Notes: generated by a model not told the origin, from the letters alone. Positions 10,634 through 20,645 are shown, counted from the stretch's first letter. The stretch: 54,199 bases of DNA from an uncultured virus (IMG/VR IMGVR_UViG_3300028569_000044) (IMGVR_UViG_3300028569_000044:1-54199), one strand, 5' to 3'. Numbers and translations: made by a program.

Positions 10634-11469
10634 TCACGGATAGTGACCACATATGGGAATCTGGGCACTTCATCTACTGGTGTTAAATTAAAATATTTAA
10701 CTGTAGCTTGTTTACCGATATATTCATTTTTGTTAGAAAGTAATTCTTTTAAGTACGATCTTTGACCCTTAATATTACTATGGAACTCAATATCCTTATG
10801 ATTCTTGAATACCATATGTCCAGCCATACCACTCTTGTTACCTACCCCCTCAACAATGTCAAGAATCTTGAATTCACTATCTTGAAATTCTTTGCGCTTG
10901 AGTAGGTATTTGCTGCGTTTGTTTTCATATGGTCCGTCTGTACGAACCATCTGACCTTCGTAACCTTCGTCAATGTACTTTTCATACAACTCATTTAAAT
11001 GTGTAATCGTGTCCACAAGGTGAGTCGGAACACGACGAACCACATTGTTATTAACAAGATAAGTAGTAATGTCATCATTACGATCACTAAAAGTCTTCTG
11101 TACAATCCAGTCATATACCCAATATTGAATATTCTTTGCACTCTCTGTCAGATCTTCTGGTGTAGGTTTGGTCTTTTTTACCAAACTACAAATAGCATTA
11201 AAGTCATTGGCAAACTTATCAGCATACAACTCACCATCAAGAATTGCATTGGGGAACTTATCAAAGAAAGGTTCTAACGCTTTAAGAACGTGTGGAACTG
11301 AATGAAATTCTTTACCATTTCGGCTAAAAATTCCTTTCTTTGATACAATTGCTCTACAGTTGTGTACCAATACTCCATTTGCAAAAAAGTTGTGGTTGTC
11401 TTGAATTTCTAAATCATATTTGTCAAGACTCTCGATTTTTTTGATTGATTTAATCTTTACAGTTTTCAT
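10624..11469 (-). CDS. ATP-dependent DNA ligase C-terminal part preceded by a 37 aa C-intein
   Basis: YDLEIQDNHNFFANGVLVHN|C (intein blocks F/G) then CRA...SRNGK...LDGELY...YDW...EGQM...KRS..LLKRK...PRFP. Confidence 0.92.
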   Translation of the reverse strand: MKTVKIKSIKKIESLDKYDLEIQDNHNFFANGVLVHNCRAIVSKKGIFSRNGKEFHSVPHVLKALEPFFDKFPNAILDGELYADKFANDFNAICSLVKKTKPTPEDLTESAKNIQYWVYDWIVQKTFSDRNDDITTYLVNNNVVRRVPTHLVDTITHLNELYEKYIDEGYEGQMVRTDGPYENKRSKYLLKRKEFQDSEFKILDIVEGVGNKSGMAGHMVFKNHKDIEFHSNIKGQRSYLKELLSNKNEYIGKQATVKYFNLTPVDEVPRFPYVVTIRDYE

Positions 11470-12343
11470 CTATTATTCTTTTTATTTTATCAAACTTTTT
11501 TAAAATGTCAAGCTGCCATAAAACTATTACTTTATAGCCAAAATCTTCAATCTGTTTAGTTCTAGCGTTGTCAAATTCCCAAATTTCTTTAACAGTTTTA
11601 GTACCACCCCATTTATAAATTAAATCTGCTGACTTATATATTTTTGGATTTGCGTGCCATTTATCTCCATTTATCTCCAATACTATTTTTTTTGATTCGA
11701 TCAAAATGTCAACTTGTGGCGCATATATTCTATCTAAATAACCATTGTATTTTGTAAATTTATTTTTAACTTCACTTACATAATGTATATTATGTTCTTC
11801 TAAATATTTTTCAATTTTTTTATGAATTTTACTTCTACGCCCATAATTTCTCTCATACCAAGGTAAATTTACAGGAGTATATACTCCATATTTTTCATGC
11901 AATGTTTCTCTACTTTTATTTTTAACATTTTCACATTGAAAAACATTTGACACTCCATATTTTCTTTTTACAGTCCTATTTCTCTTTTTATAACATTTTG
12001 TATTTTTTGATAAAGCATTTTCAGTACCGTACTTTTTAATACAAGTATTTTTATATAAATTTCTTACATTAGGGTTATTTGCTTGTTCTGTTATTGAATT
12101 TGTTTTAATACCATATTCACGACAGAATGAAATAATAGAATCTGCACCTGTTATATATCCCTTTGGTTTTAAAATATTTAAACAGATATAATTAGAACTA
12201 TATTTTTTTTCAAGGACCAATTCAATTAGTAATTCTTTCGTTAAAAACGAACGAATATATAATCGTCTCTTAGGATTTTGAGAAGGCAAATTTAAAATTT
12301 TAATGTCTAATGTTTGATTATTAAATTTTTCTAATTCAGTCAT
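11450..12343 (-). CDS. Free-standing Vsr/DUF559-like endonuclease between the split-intein halves
   Basis: Three KYG repeats, then VDILI..KKIVLEINGDKWH...D..R......GYKVIVLWQ. Confidence 0.75.
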   Translation of the reverse strand: MTELEKFNNQTLDIKILNLPSQNPKRRLYIRSFLTKELLIELVLEKKYSSNYICLNILKPKGYITGADSIISFCREYGIKTNSITEQANNPNVRNLYKNTCIKKYGTENALSKNTKCYKKRNRTVKRKYGVSNVFQCENVKNKSRETLHEKYGVYTPVNLPWYERNYGRRSKIHKKIEKYLEEHNIHYVSEVKNKFTKYNGYLDRIYAPQVDILIESKKIVLEINGDKWHANPKIYKSADLIYKWGGTKTVKEIWEFDNARTKQIEDFGYKVIVLWQLDILKKFDKIKRIIDENCKD

Positions 12344-12392
12344 ATACTAATAAATAGTATATTCAAGATAAATTAGATGGATAATATTAAAT

Positions 12393-13061
12393 TTATTCTA
12401 ACATTAGAACATCGTTTTCTGTTAGTTCATCTACTCTTCGCCAACATTTAAGTCTCGGTAAATAAATTCTATGATTTCCGGTTACTTTAAGAGATTTACC
12501 ATTATTTAAATCAATTTGATGCCATTGGGTTGAAGATTCATTTATATCTACGCCGTTTTTAAATCTTCCAACAATATTTTTATATTCAAAATTATTGTTT
12601 ATTTCATTGAAAGTTTTAACTTTGCACTCAATGTTATTATTCACGATATCACTGATGTATAGTTCTCCAACATCTGTAGAAACAAGTGTATCTTGACTTA
12701 AACACCCATCCAACTTGGGTTGACTATAAATTGGATACTTAAGATCATCCTTATAATCGTCGTAGTTCTTAGCAAGCATTGGCTTGGTAAAGCTGATACC
12801 ATCAATGTCATTAATCTTTTCAAAGTAACCACTTTCTTTCTTTTTCTTCCAAGTGGCTTTGGCTTCTTTTACAGCTTGATCTTCATTGGAAGTAGCATTC
12901 TTTTTGCCGGTATTTTTACCTTCACAAAGTGTCCACTCAGTGATTTGAATAGCTCCATCAAGCTGACCATAATGGGTACGATACTTGTTGCCATCAACTT
13001 CGATGGTCCAAGTTTGAATAGCACCCGTATTTGTACGGGCGAATAACATAGGTAGTTTCAT
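12393..13061 (-). CDS. ATP-dependent DNA ligase N-terminal part followed by a 103 aa N-intein
   Basis: PMLA...SQPKLDG|CLSQDTLV (block A) ... LKVTGNHRI (block B TxxH). Confidence 0.92.
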   Translation of the reverse strand: MKLPMLFARTNTGAIQTWTIEVDGNKYRTHYGQLDGAIQITEWTLCEGKNTGKKNATSNEDQAVKEAKATWKKKKESGYFEKINDIDGISFTKPMLAKNYDDYKDDLKYPIYSQPKLDGCLSQDTLVSTDVGELYISDIVNNNIECKVKTFNEINNNFEYKNIVGRFKNGVDINESSTQWHQIDLNNGKSLKVTGNHRIYLPRLKCWRRVDELTENDVLMLE

Positions 13062-13071
13062 ATCTTATATA

Positions 13072-13100
13072 AGATTACCACGGTGCAATAAAAAAGTCAA
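13072..13100 (-). promoter_or_regulatory. Sigma70-like promoter of the ligase gene
   Basis: TTGACT-17nt-TAATCT with extended TG, about 10 nt upstream of ATG. Confidence 0.7.
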
Positions 13101-13101
13101 C

Positions 13102-13203
13102 TCAATTTTTCACAATTTCACCCTTAGCATCACTATACCACACTTCACCCACATTAAATTGCTTGACCACACTTTGACAACCACAACACGGCTTGCTGTT
13201 GGC
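13102..13203 (-). pseudogene. Orphan 3' end (33 codons) of the deaminase gene at 14186..14572
   Basis: Translates ANSKPCCGCQSVVKQFNVGEVWYSDAKGEIVKN* versus ANSKPCCGCQSVIKQFNVGEVWYSTDVGQVIKL*. Confidence 0.9.
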
Positions 13204-13264
13204 AAATGTTTTTATTTAAATATTTTTTGACGATTTATTCTATGACAAACTATTTATTAATGTT

Positions 13265-13426
13265 ATGGGAAGAAAAAAATTAAACAGAACAAAAGATGAA
13301 CTACTTGAACAACAAAGAAACCGAGCAAAAAAATATTATCAACGACATAAACAAAGACTCAATGAAAAGTCAATGCAAAAATATTGGGAAAATAAGCGGA
13401 ATATACAAAATAATAAACAAGATTGA
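13265..13426 (+). CDS. 53 aa basic 'MGRK' leader ORF overlapping the GIY-YIG gene (not in ORF track)
   Basis: MGRKKLNRTKDELLEQQRNRAKKYYQRHKQRLNEKSMQKYWENKRNIQNNKQD*. Confidence 0.75.
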   Translation: MGRKKLNRTKDELLEQQRNRAKKYYQRHKQRLNEKSMQKYWENKRNIQNNKQD

Positions 13427-14180
13427 CGGTAAATATTATGTCGGAAGTAGTAAAGATATTGTCACGCCTAATATAGGCAGATGGTACATGCACAAATACG
13501 AATTAAATAAAAAAACGCATACAAATGATTATCTCCAAAATGCTTGGAATAAATATGGAGAGGATAGTTTTGAATTTATAATTGTAGAAAAATGTAACCC
13601 CGATCAATTACTAATCGTAGAACAAAAGTATTTGGATGATACTAAAAAAGAACGAAATTTATCTTATAATTTAAGTTTTATTGCTGGTAACATTGAGATG
13701 ACGAATGATGTCAGACAAAAAATCAGTGCAAAATCTCGTGCACGATTAAAAGATAAAACAAAACATCCAAATTACGATGCAAAAATATATAAATTATATA
13801 ATAGAATTACAAACGATACATTTTTAGGTACCAGACAAGATTTTATTTTAAAATACAACGATAAGCATTTTAGTATTAACCATTTAATTTCTGGAAAATT
13901 TCATTCAACCAACGGATGGACATTTGATCCGAATTATGATCTTAAAGGTAATAGGGGTAAAAATTGGACGCAAGAAAGAATAAAATCTGTTAGTGAAAAA
14001 TTTACCGGTAAAAATAATCCATCGTATGATATAACCGTACATAATTTTATCCACGAAGACGGAAGAAAAGAAACCTGTACTAAATACGAATTGTATCACA
14101 AATATAATTTAGATAAAAGTGCTCTTGCCAGAGTTATAAACAGAAAACAAAAACATACAATGTGGTGGAAATTAGAATAA
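13296..14180 (+). CDS. GIY-YIG homing endonuclease
   Basis: SGIYKI...YYVGSS...RW..H...LQNAWNKYG; N-terminal half paralogous to 9839..10633. Confidence 0.88.
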   Translation: MNYLNNKETEQKNIINDINKDSMKSQCKNIGKISGIYKIINKIDGKYYVGSSKDIVTPNIGRWYMHKYELNKKTHTNDYLQNAWNKYGEDSFEFIIVEKCNPDQLLIVEQKYLDDTKKERNLSYNLSFIAGNIEMTNDVRQKISAKSRARLKDKTKHPNYDAKIYKLYNRITNDTFLGTRQDFILKYNDKHFSINHLISGKFHSTNGWTFDPNYDLKGNRGKNWTQERIKSVSEKFTGKNNPSYDITVHNFIHEDGRKETCTKYELYHKYNLDKSALARVINRKQKHTMWWKLE

Positions 14181-14185
14181 TATTA

Positions 14186-14572
14186 TTAAAGTTTAATTAC
14201 TTGGCCAACATCTGTGCTATACCAAACTTCTCCAACATTAAATTGTTTGATTACACTTTGACATCCACAACATGGCTTGCTATTTGCCATCTTATTATTT
14301 CTATTGAATCTAATCACCACCATTTTAAAATCTTTGAGATCCTCCTTGCCGCTCTTCATACACGCATTCAACTCAGCGTGCAAACCAACAAGCTGATGGT
14401 TTTTATAATCATATTCCAAAGTCTTGGGATGACTCTTACAGCTATTTGTACCAATATGAACAATCTTACCGCAACGAATAAGAAAAGCTATGTGACTGCA
14501 CCTATGTTCTAGGTTAAGCGGACACATAGCCTTTGCAATGTCAATAGTACGGTTTAAAATCTTGATGTTCAT
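14186..14572 (-). CDS. Cytidine/deoxycytidylate deaminase-fold protein
   Basis: HAE and PCCGC zinc motifs; probable start MNIKIL at 14572. Confidence 0.75.
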   Translation of the reverse strand: MNIKILNRTIDIAKAMCPLNLEHRCSHIAFLIRCGKIVHIGTNSCKSHPKTLEYDYKNHQLVGLHAELNACMKSGKEDLKDFKMVVIRFNRNNKMANSKPCCGCQSVIKQFNVGEVWYSTDVGQVIKL

Positions 14573-14582
14573 TACAAGATTC

Positions 14583-14611
14583 ATACTACCAAATACTTTA
14601 TAAAAAGTCAA
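14583..14611 (-). promoter_or_regulatory. Sigma70-like promoter
   Basis: TTGACT-17nt-TAGTAT with extended TG. Confidence 0.65.
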
Positions 14612-14615
14612 CAGC

Positions 14616-15347
14616 TTATTTTAAAGCCTCATAATTGTTGATGGGTATATGCTTTTTCGTAAGTAAATCCTGATCAAGTACATCAATAGCCTTCTTTTTA
14701 GACTTATAAAAAGCTCGGGTCAATACACGAAGTTCATAGTCTTCAATATTATAACCCATCTTGATATACTTAACCAATCGTTTCAACGTAACACTTGGAT
14801 AATTAATGCTCTTTGGATTGAACTTCAAATTGTTATTTTGAATCTGGTTCAATACATTTTCTTCAATAACTACATTGTTACCATCATAAGCAATACAACA
14901 TAAATTGATATCAAATGACCTAAATAAATCTTCAATGGTATCAAAATACTTGAAACTCACACACTGAATCTTCCACTCTGTATCCATATAAGACACTACC
15001 ATTGTATGATGCCACTCAGATACAATATAAGTCGTGACACTATACTTAGTAGTTGATAAAGCATTGCTATTTAATTCAAGCAAATACTTATCCAATTGTT
15101 CTTTGTTCTTAAAAAACACATCCACATCACTATCACTCAGTGGTAGTTTACGATAGGTTCTATGTAAAGCACCCCCAGCAATCCAAGGTCCATCTTCATT
15201 ACACTTGGGTAGAATCTCAATCAAATGTTCAAGTACACTACCAGTTGTCAAATGCTTTAGAAAAACATTTAACGGCAGTTTATTTGTTTTAATTGGCACC
15301 ACATATTCAGCTTGTGGCAGTTCTACGAATTTAACATCAGTTGACAT
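14616..15347 (-). CDS. Nucleotidyltransferase-like protein (poly(A) polymerase/CCA head-like)
   Basis: WIAGGAL...DVDVFF...FDINLCCIA...R..KY...GY. Confidence 0.7.
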   Translation of the reverse strand: MSTDVKFVELPQAEYVVPIKTNKLPLNVFLKHLTTGSVLEHLIEILPKCNEDGPWIAGGALHRTYRKLPLSDSDVDVFFKNKEQLDKYLLELNSNALSTTKYSVTTYIVSEWHHTMVVSYMDTEWKIQCVSFKYFDTIEDLFRSFDINLCCIAYDGNNVVIEENVLNQIQNNNLKFNPKSINYPSVTLKRLVKYIKMGYNIEDYELRVLTRAFYKSKKKAIDVLDQDLLTKKHIPINNYEALK

Positions 15348-15567
15348 AAATTTTCTTCAATATGTTTGGATAACAATTATCCGGATAATCTTTTGTGTTC
15401 TTTCCACTATCATAACTTAAACATACGCTTTCGTCAAGCACGGGTTCAAATTTACGTTGGGTTTTATAAAACATATTTACACTATTATTCGTACACGTTT
15501 GATAAAAATCACAACGTACACTCATACACATACCCAGATCATTGGTCTTAATACTATACTTTTTCAT
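15337..15567 (-). CDS. Hypothetical Cys-containing protein
   Basis: 76 aa ORF overlapping next gene start. Confidence 0.5.
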   Translation of the reverse strand: MKKYSIKTNDLGMCMSVRCDFYQTCTNNSVNMFYKTQRKFEPVLDESVCLSYDSGKNTKDYPDNCYPNILKKIYVN

Positions 15568-15568
15568 A

Positions 15569-15606
15569 AAAATAAGGGAGGTACTTTTACATACCTCCCT
15601 TTTTAT
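15569..15606. terminator. Rho-independent (possibly bidirectional) terminator
   Basis: AGGGAGGTA/TACCTCCCT stem flanked by A and T tracts. Confidence 0.75.
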
Positions 15607-15824
15607 TATTCCTTGCTTCCAAGAAGGTAAGTATTGCTAATAGCCTTGAAACTAAATTCCCTTTCAAGGCCACGAACAACCACACCTTCACGATCAACAC
15701 CCATATTTAATACACTCTTACCTTCAGCATACTTCAACATATTGTCCACCAAGTTTTCATTGGGTAATACATATCCATACTTTTCAAGTACAGGTACCAT
15801 AGGTACTTCAAACCTAAATAACAA
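15606..15824 (-). pseudogene. C-terminal fragment of an Rnl2/DRB0094-type RNA ligase
   Basis: VPVL...GKSVLN...REGVV......SFKAISNTYLL (motifs IV and V); no N-terminal part present. Confidence 0.65.
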
Positions 15825-15964
15825 GCCGCCGCACCTTCGTAACTGCCAATCTCTAAAATCTTTTTAGGATTTATGATTGGAACTATGCGATCCCAATTTT
15901 GTCTACTATTCTGATCAAACAAATCTTTACTAAAGAAATATTGTATATTATTTATTTCTTTCAT
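15734..15964 (-). pseudogene. N-terminal fragment of a class I SAM methyltransferase
   Basis: KILEIGSYEG motif I, then runs out of frame into the RNA ligase fragment. Confidence 0.6.
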
Positions 15965-16139
15965 GATAAGTGTATGTACAAAATTGTACTAAAGCTCGTA
16001 GTATCCAAGCTTGCAATATAGTGATGTTTTTTGCCATTATTAATTCTGGCATCAACCAATTCCATAAATAATAAATACATATAATAATTATGGCATTAAT
16101 TAATATCTCCCAAAATAACTTGCTCAAAAAGATTTTCAT
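15948..16139 (-). CDS. Small membrane protein
   Basis: Hydrophobic; LWNWLMPE...ITILQAW. Confidence 0.55.
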   Translation of the reverse strand: MKIFLSKLFWEILINAIIIICIYYLWNWLMPELIMAKNITILQAWILRALVQFCTYTYHERNK

Positions 16140-16349
16140 ATAATTTTAATATGTCTGTAACCTACCCGTCACTTCCAATGGTTAAGATAAGGTATCATGA
16201 CCTGTCCACACTGCCAAGCACCTTTCGCTGTAAAAGCAAGATTCCTCGCCAAAACCTGCGGTTGCGACGAAGATGAGCGATTCTTAAATTTCGAAGACTG
16301 GTATTTACTTATTTTCGGGATAAGTATTTATGATCTTATCTAGTTAATA

Positions 16350-16685
16350 TTATTCACTAACATCTTTAACTACCACATTACAATTCAAGAAATCTCTCTT
16401 ATTTAAGATACATACCTGTTCTTTAATATAAATGTATTCGCTGCTCTTATCGTTTAATTGTTTGTAAATATCATCTACTATCAATCGCAAATCTTCTCTG
16501 ATCTTTTTTGAATTTTTATCCATCTCTTCGGCATTATTAGTCGCAACTTCGTAATGATAATCACTAGTATAGACTTTACCATCTTGAAGATATGTAATGT
16601 ATAAACTAATTTTTTTCTTTTTTGTAAGTGCGTAAACTGGAGCAGCCATAGCTGCAATTTTTGGGCTTTTTTTATTGAAGAACAT
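16350..16685 (-). CDS. Hypothetical protein, paralog of 47700..48050
   Basis: Shared ISL.ITY...QL.DKSSEYI.......L.K.DF.N. Confidence 0.6.
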   Translation of the reverse strand: MFFNKKSPKIAAMAAPVYALTKKKKISLYITYLQDGKVYTSDYHYEVATNNAEEMDKNSKKIREDLRLIVDDIYKQLNDKSSEYIYIKEQVCILNKRDFLNCNVVVKDVSE

Positions 16686-16687
16686 AA

Positions 16688-19600
16688 TTAATATAAAAAG
16701 TTTTCTATTCTTTCGTACAGGTGGTGAGCTTCCTCTTTGCTTAGGCTGACACGAATTTCTTTATCATTTTCGAGGTCTTGAAGCTGAAGTATTAAATATT
16801 CATCATCATGGCTAGAAGAAACGCCATAAGTTAATTTATTGTCGGAGCTTTCTATTGGATAGTTTATCATATTTTTTCTTGGCAATTTCGGACAGAGGAA
16901 GCACCTTCTGCAACTGCTCTAGGGCAGTATGATCGTCTTTGAGCGCATTGTCAAGGCGATCTTTAAGAGTTGCTAGTTTTGGCTTTTTCATTCATCGCGT
17001 CAACCATGAATTGCAGGTATTTTCTGGTTTGTAAATTTACTGCATTGGGATCTTCATTTACTATGCCTGAATGTAATTTGTATGGATGGACTTCTTGAGG
17101 TATAAAAGAATCGTCAGGAATGTCAGCAAAGAAATTCCTCTTATACAATGCCCAACCCCAACCAGAATAAACAGCGGGAATACAAGTAGAAGTTCCGCCG
17201 AATTTAAAATGTTGAGGGTCATATTTGTGAGGGTCATATTTGACAAACTCTATATAATACAGAACATCTTTATTAGATCTGTCTTGAGGATAGTATTCGT
17301 AATCTATCATCTTAGGTGGCAGATTATTATCAATAAATGTGGTCATATCAATCTTTTATTAAATTTTTTATTATTTTAATAGTAACATTAATCCCCAAGT
17401 AATCCAACTAGAAATACTAGCTGCAAGTCCAGCAAAAATTGCAACCCAAGATATCACACCCCAATAATCGTCTAAGAAAAAAGTTGTTGCCCATGCAAGT
17501 ATAAATGCAATTGCGGTAATACCAAATGGTATCATCCAAGCTCCAAAAGTTAATGTAATAGTCATTTCTTTTTAATTATTACTTGTGGAATACCAAGAAA
17601 TAATCTCGCTTCGTTGCGGACTTCTTCAGTTACTGCCCATCCTAAATCATCAGGATCAAGAAGCCTATTAAAAAACAAAAGGTGATCTCTAATGATTTTC
17701 TTTTGATCTAATACTTGTAATTTTTTTAAATGCAATAGATTTTCTTCTTCATTACTAGAGAAAAAAGAATCATATAATTCTTGCTGAGTATAACGTTTAA
17801 TAGGCGAATATTCAGGGACAGAATTAGCGTCTGCAATCGCGGCATCAATATATTCTATTAATTTATTAAATTGATCTTTTGTCATATTGCTTTTTCTAAT
17901 TTGTAATCAGGAATTTGGCCGGCGATCCAAAAAAAATCCTCTTCAAAAGAATAAAAGAAAGTAACTTCAGTAGTAGGATTATATGCTTCGATTACTATTC
18001 TATTATTCATTTCACGTTGTTTGCCGCGAAATTCATATTGAGGGTATTTGATTCTTATTTCTTCAGGAACGTGGATATTCATTTTGATGGTTTTCTAAAA
18101 TTACTACCTTCATCCTTCCAATAAACATTTGGAATACCTCGCTTGTCTGCTACAAATTGAGATACACCATCGTATTTCTTTTCTTTATACATCTCATACA
18201 ACTTTGGCAATTCATCATAAGTTACCGCCTCTGAATCTGAAGCGGGAATAAAGTAATCATTAACATTTATAAATAAACCCACACACTCTTTATCGCCATC
18301 ATACTTAGCACAAGCTGGGACAGCAAATAATATTCCTTCATCCAATAGATAAGCCATCATACGGCAAAGTCCTTCCATGCCGGGATCATAACTAGGGGTT
18401 TCTTCATGGCCTTCAAACCATCCGAATACTTTTTTATTCATATTATTCTTTCCATTTACCAATAGTTATCACAAAAGCTTTTGCTCTTAGTTTTGCGCTT
18501 GCAGAATTCATTCTCTCTTCTCCTTCATTCATGCATACAAAAATTAATTGATTCCAATATTCTTCATAAATTTCATTAGATAAAGTCATTTCGACTTCGC
18601 GCATTACATTCAAATCATTACAATAATCTGGAACATATTGATCTACTGTATAAGATATAATCTTTCCATTAGAAAAAGTAGGACGATCACCAAGTATATG
18701 CTTGCCATCCAAATGGAAATCAAGCTCTTTCCATCCGAGAAACTCAGCGATTGCTTTATTTATCGCTCTTTTATTCATATCTTTTTTTTCTTCTAGGCTT
18801 GTGAATACGCATGGTCACGCCATTGAATCCTGAGACCAACTCTACACCTTCTCCCCTTGGCAAGTCAAGCTTTAAACTGTCGATATAATCCCAAGCTTCT
18901 TTGTATTTCTTTTTATTATGGAGTTGATTTATTTTTTTGCTTTGAGCGGGATTAAAAAGATGATCAATATACTTGACAAAATTGACAACCTCTGGCAATG
19001 GTTCGTCGCTGGCCTTCAATGGATCTTGAAAATCTACAGTAGTATAATCAAAAAACCCATCATTATTTTTTACTGCCAAGTATTGGCGAAAGACAGATCG
19101 AATTTCATAAGCAATTTTACCATCGCCAATCTCTTTACTATTAAATCCATAACTTGCGCCGGGGCTAGATAGTTCTTTATCATCAATAATTAATTTGCGA
19201 ACCATCTTTTCAATAAGATCGCGACTGTCCCAATCAATACATTTATCAAAAGCAGTATCAAGGGCAATCCCAACTTGCCCACTTCGCATACGGTAATAGA
19301 CCTCAAGTGCGCGATTAATAACGCGAAGGTGAGTGTCTGAGAGTTTAATGTCGTTCATATTTGGTTCTTCTGTAGGTTTCACGGTTTGATCTCCTTTGTT
19401 TGGATATACAGTCCCCATGCATGATTGATTTCATCGTCTGTCGCCCATTCTAAATGTCCCGGTGGTCCAATTATCATTGCAGTAGCTTCCAAAGCTTTTT
19501 CCAATTGTTTAATGCGGTTGTTAGCTAAGTTGAGTTCGCGTATGAGTAATCCTTTCAGATTGGAACCAAGGAACTCTGGACGCTCACCAATTTCACCTTC

Positions 19601-19970
19601 GTACAATTCCTCTAACTGTTTGATGCGTTCATTTGCTTGTTTTAATTGCTTTTCAATCATATATACTTTATTTTCTGCAAACGCTTCGTTTGCTACTGCG
19701 ATATTTAATTCCTCAGAATCCATGTTGGTTCACTAATCTGAATCCAAAGCCCAGAAAAGTCAAGGCAAAATGCCAAAAACCTTCTCGGTCATTTAAATAA
19801 TAAATTTCTGTCGGAAAACTCATTTTAAATCCAGAAAAGTATTGATCAGTCCATTCATTGAATCTATCAATTTTACCTATGCTTGGAAAATATAATTCAA
19901 TATATAAAAATCTGAAATTCTTTTCGTCGTTTATGATGTTTATTTTCATGTTACAAGAAATAAATCGCAA
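16688..19970 (-). other. Run of small hypothetical ORFs (16688-16885, 16963-17346, 17371-17565, 17562-17885, 17882-18082, 18079-18462, 18443-18778, 18771-19418, 19379-19723, 19713-19970)
   Basis: Contiguous same-strand ORFs; several are paralogs of ORFs elsewhere in the window. Confidence 0.55.
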
Positions 19971-20072
19971 TCAAAATCCAAAACAAAATAGGAATTCCTG
20001 CGAAAACAAAAGTAATTAACCCCAGCATTACTTTTTGAGGTATTGTGTATTTTTTAATTTTAAATTCCATAT

Positions 20073-20510
20073 TTATTTAGATAGTTTAAAGAAAGGACAA
20101 TCTGTGGCCCAACAATCGCAAATCAAACACTCGCCATTGTGATCGAACTTGCAAGGCGGTTTTTCATTAATATTACCAATCACTTCATCTACTACAATCA
20201 TTAATCCTTGAGGTTTATCATCTACGAAACGATATGTTACAATAGGTAATAGATTTTTATAAGTTTTTATTCTAAATGAAGCGGTTTCATTATGATAAAT
20301 AACTTTGCCAGCACATTGATACGGATCATGGAGGTAAATAGTATTAACTATATCTCCTTCATAAATGGGATTACCGTTCTTATCCTTCAAGCCTGTGTAT
20401 TGTTGCGGCTCACTTACACCGCCAGCAATTCCTTGAGGATAATCATATATATCAAAGTAAATAAAAGACTTAGAAATAAAAGAATAGATTCTGAATTTAA
20501 ATTCTCTCAT
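20073..20510 (-). CDS. YopX-family protein
   Basis: MREFKFR...QYTGLKDKNG..IYEGDIV...EVIGNI. Confidence 0.8.
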   Translation of the reverse strand: MREFKFRIYSFISKSFIYFDIYDYPQGIAGGVSEPQQYTGLKDKNGNPIYEGDIVNTIYLHDPYQCAGKVIYHNETASFRIKTYKNLLPIVTYRFVDDKPQGLMIVVDEVIGNINEKPPCKFDHNGECLICDCWATDCPFFKLSK

Positions 20511-20645
20511 ACATTATATAATAATTTGCCGCACTTTTTGCACCACCATCCCTTGCTTCTGCCTATATCATAGAGGCGAGAATGGCATTCGTCAAATGAA
20601 GAATGTTGGCATCTGCGAGTTTCCCAGAACCACCACTTGAACCAT

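Noticed and set aside
11450-12343. Single contiguous intein broken by sequencing frameshifts
   Set aside because: IntN ends with a stop, followed by a 49-nt spacer with a TATTTAT motif; the middle ORF and IntC each have their own ATG
13296-14180. Group I intron-encoded nucleases (also 31741, 34792, 41921)
   Set aside because: Flanks are too short for a ribozyme core, most nucleases are antisense to the host gene, and host genes are already complete
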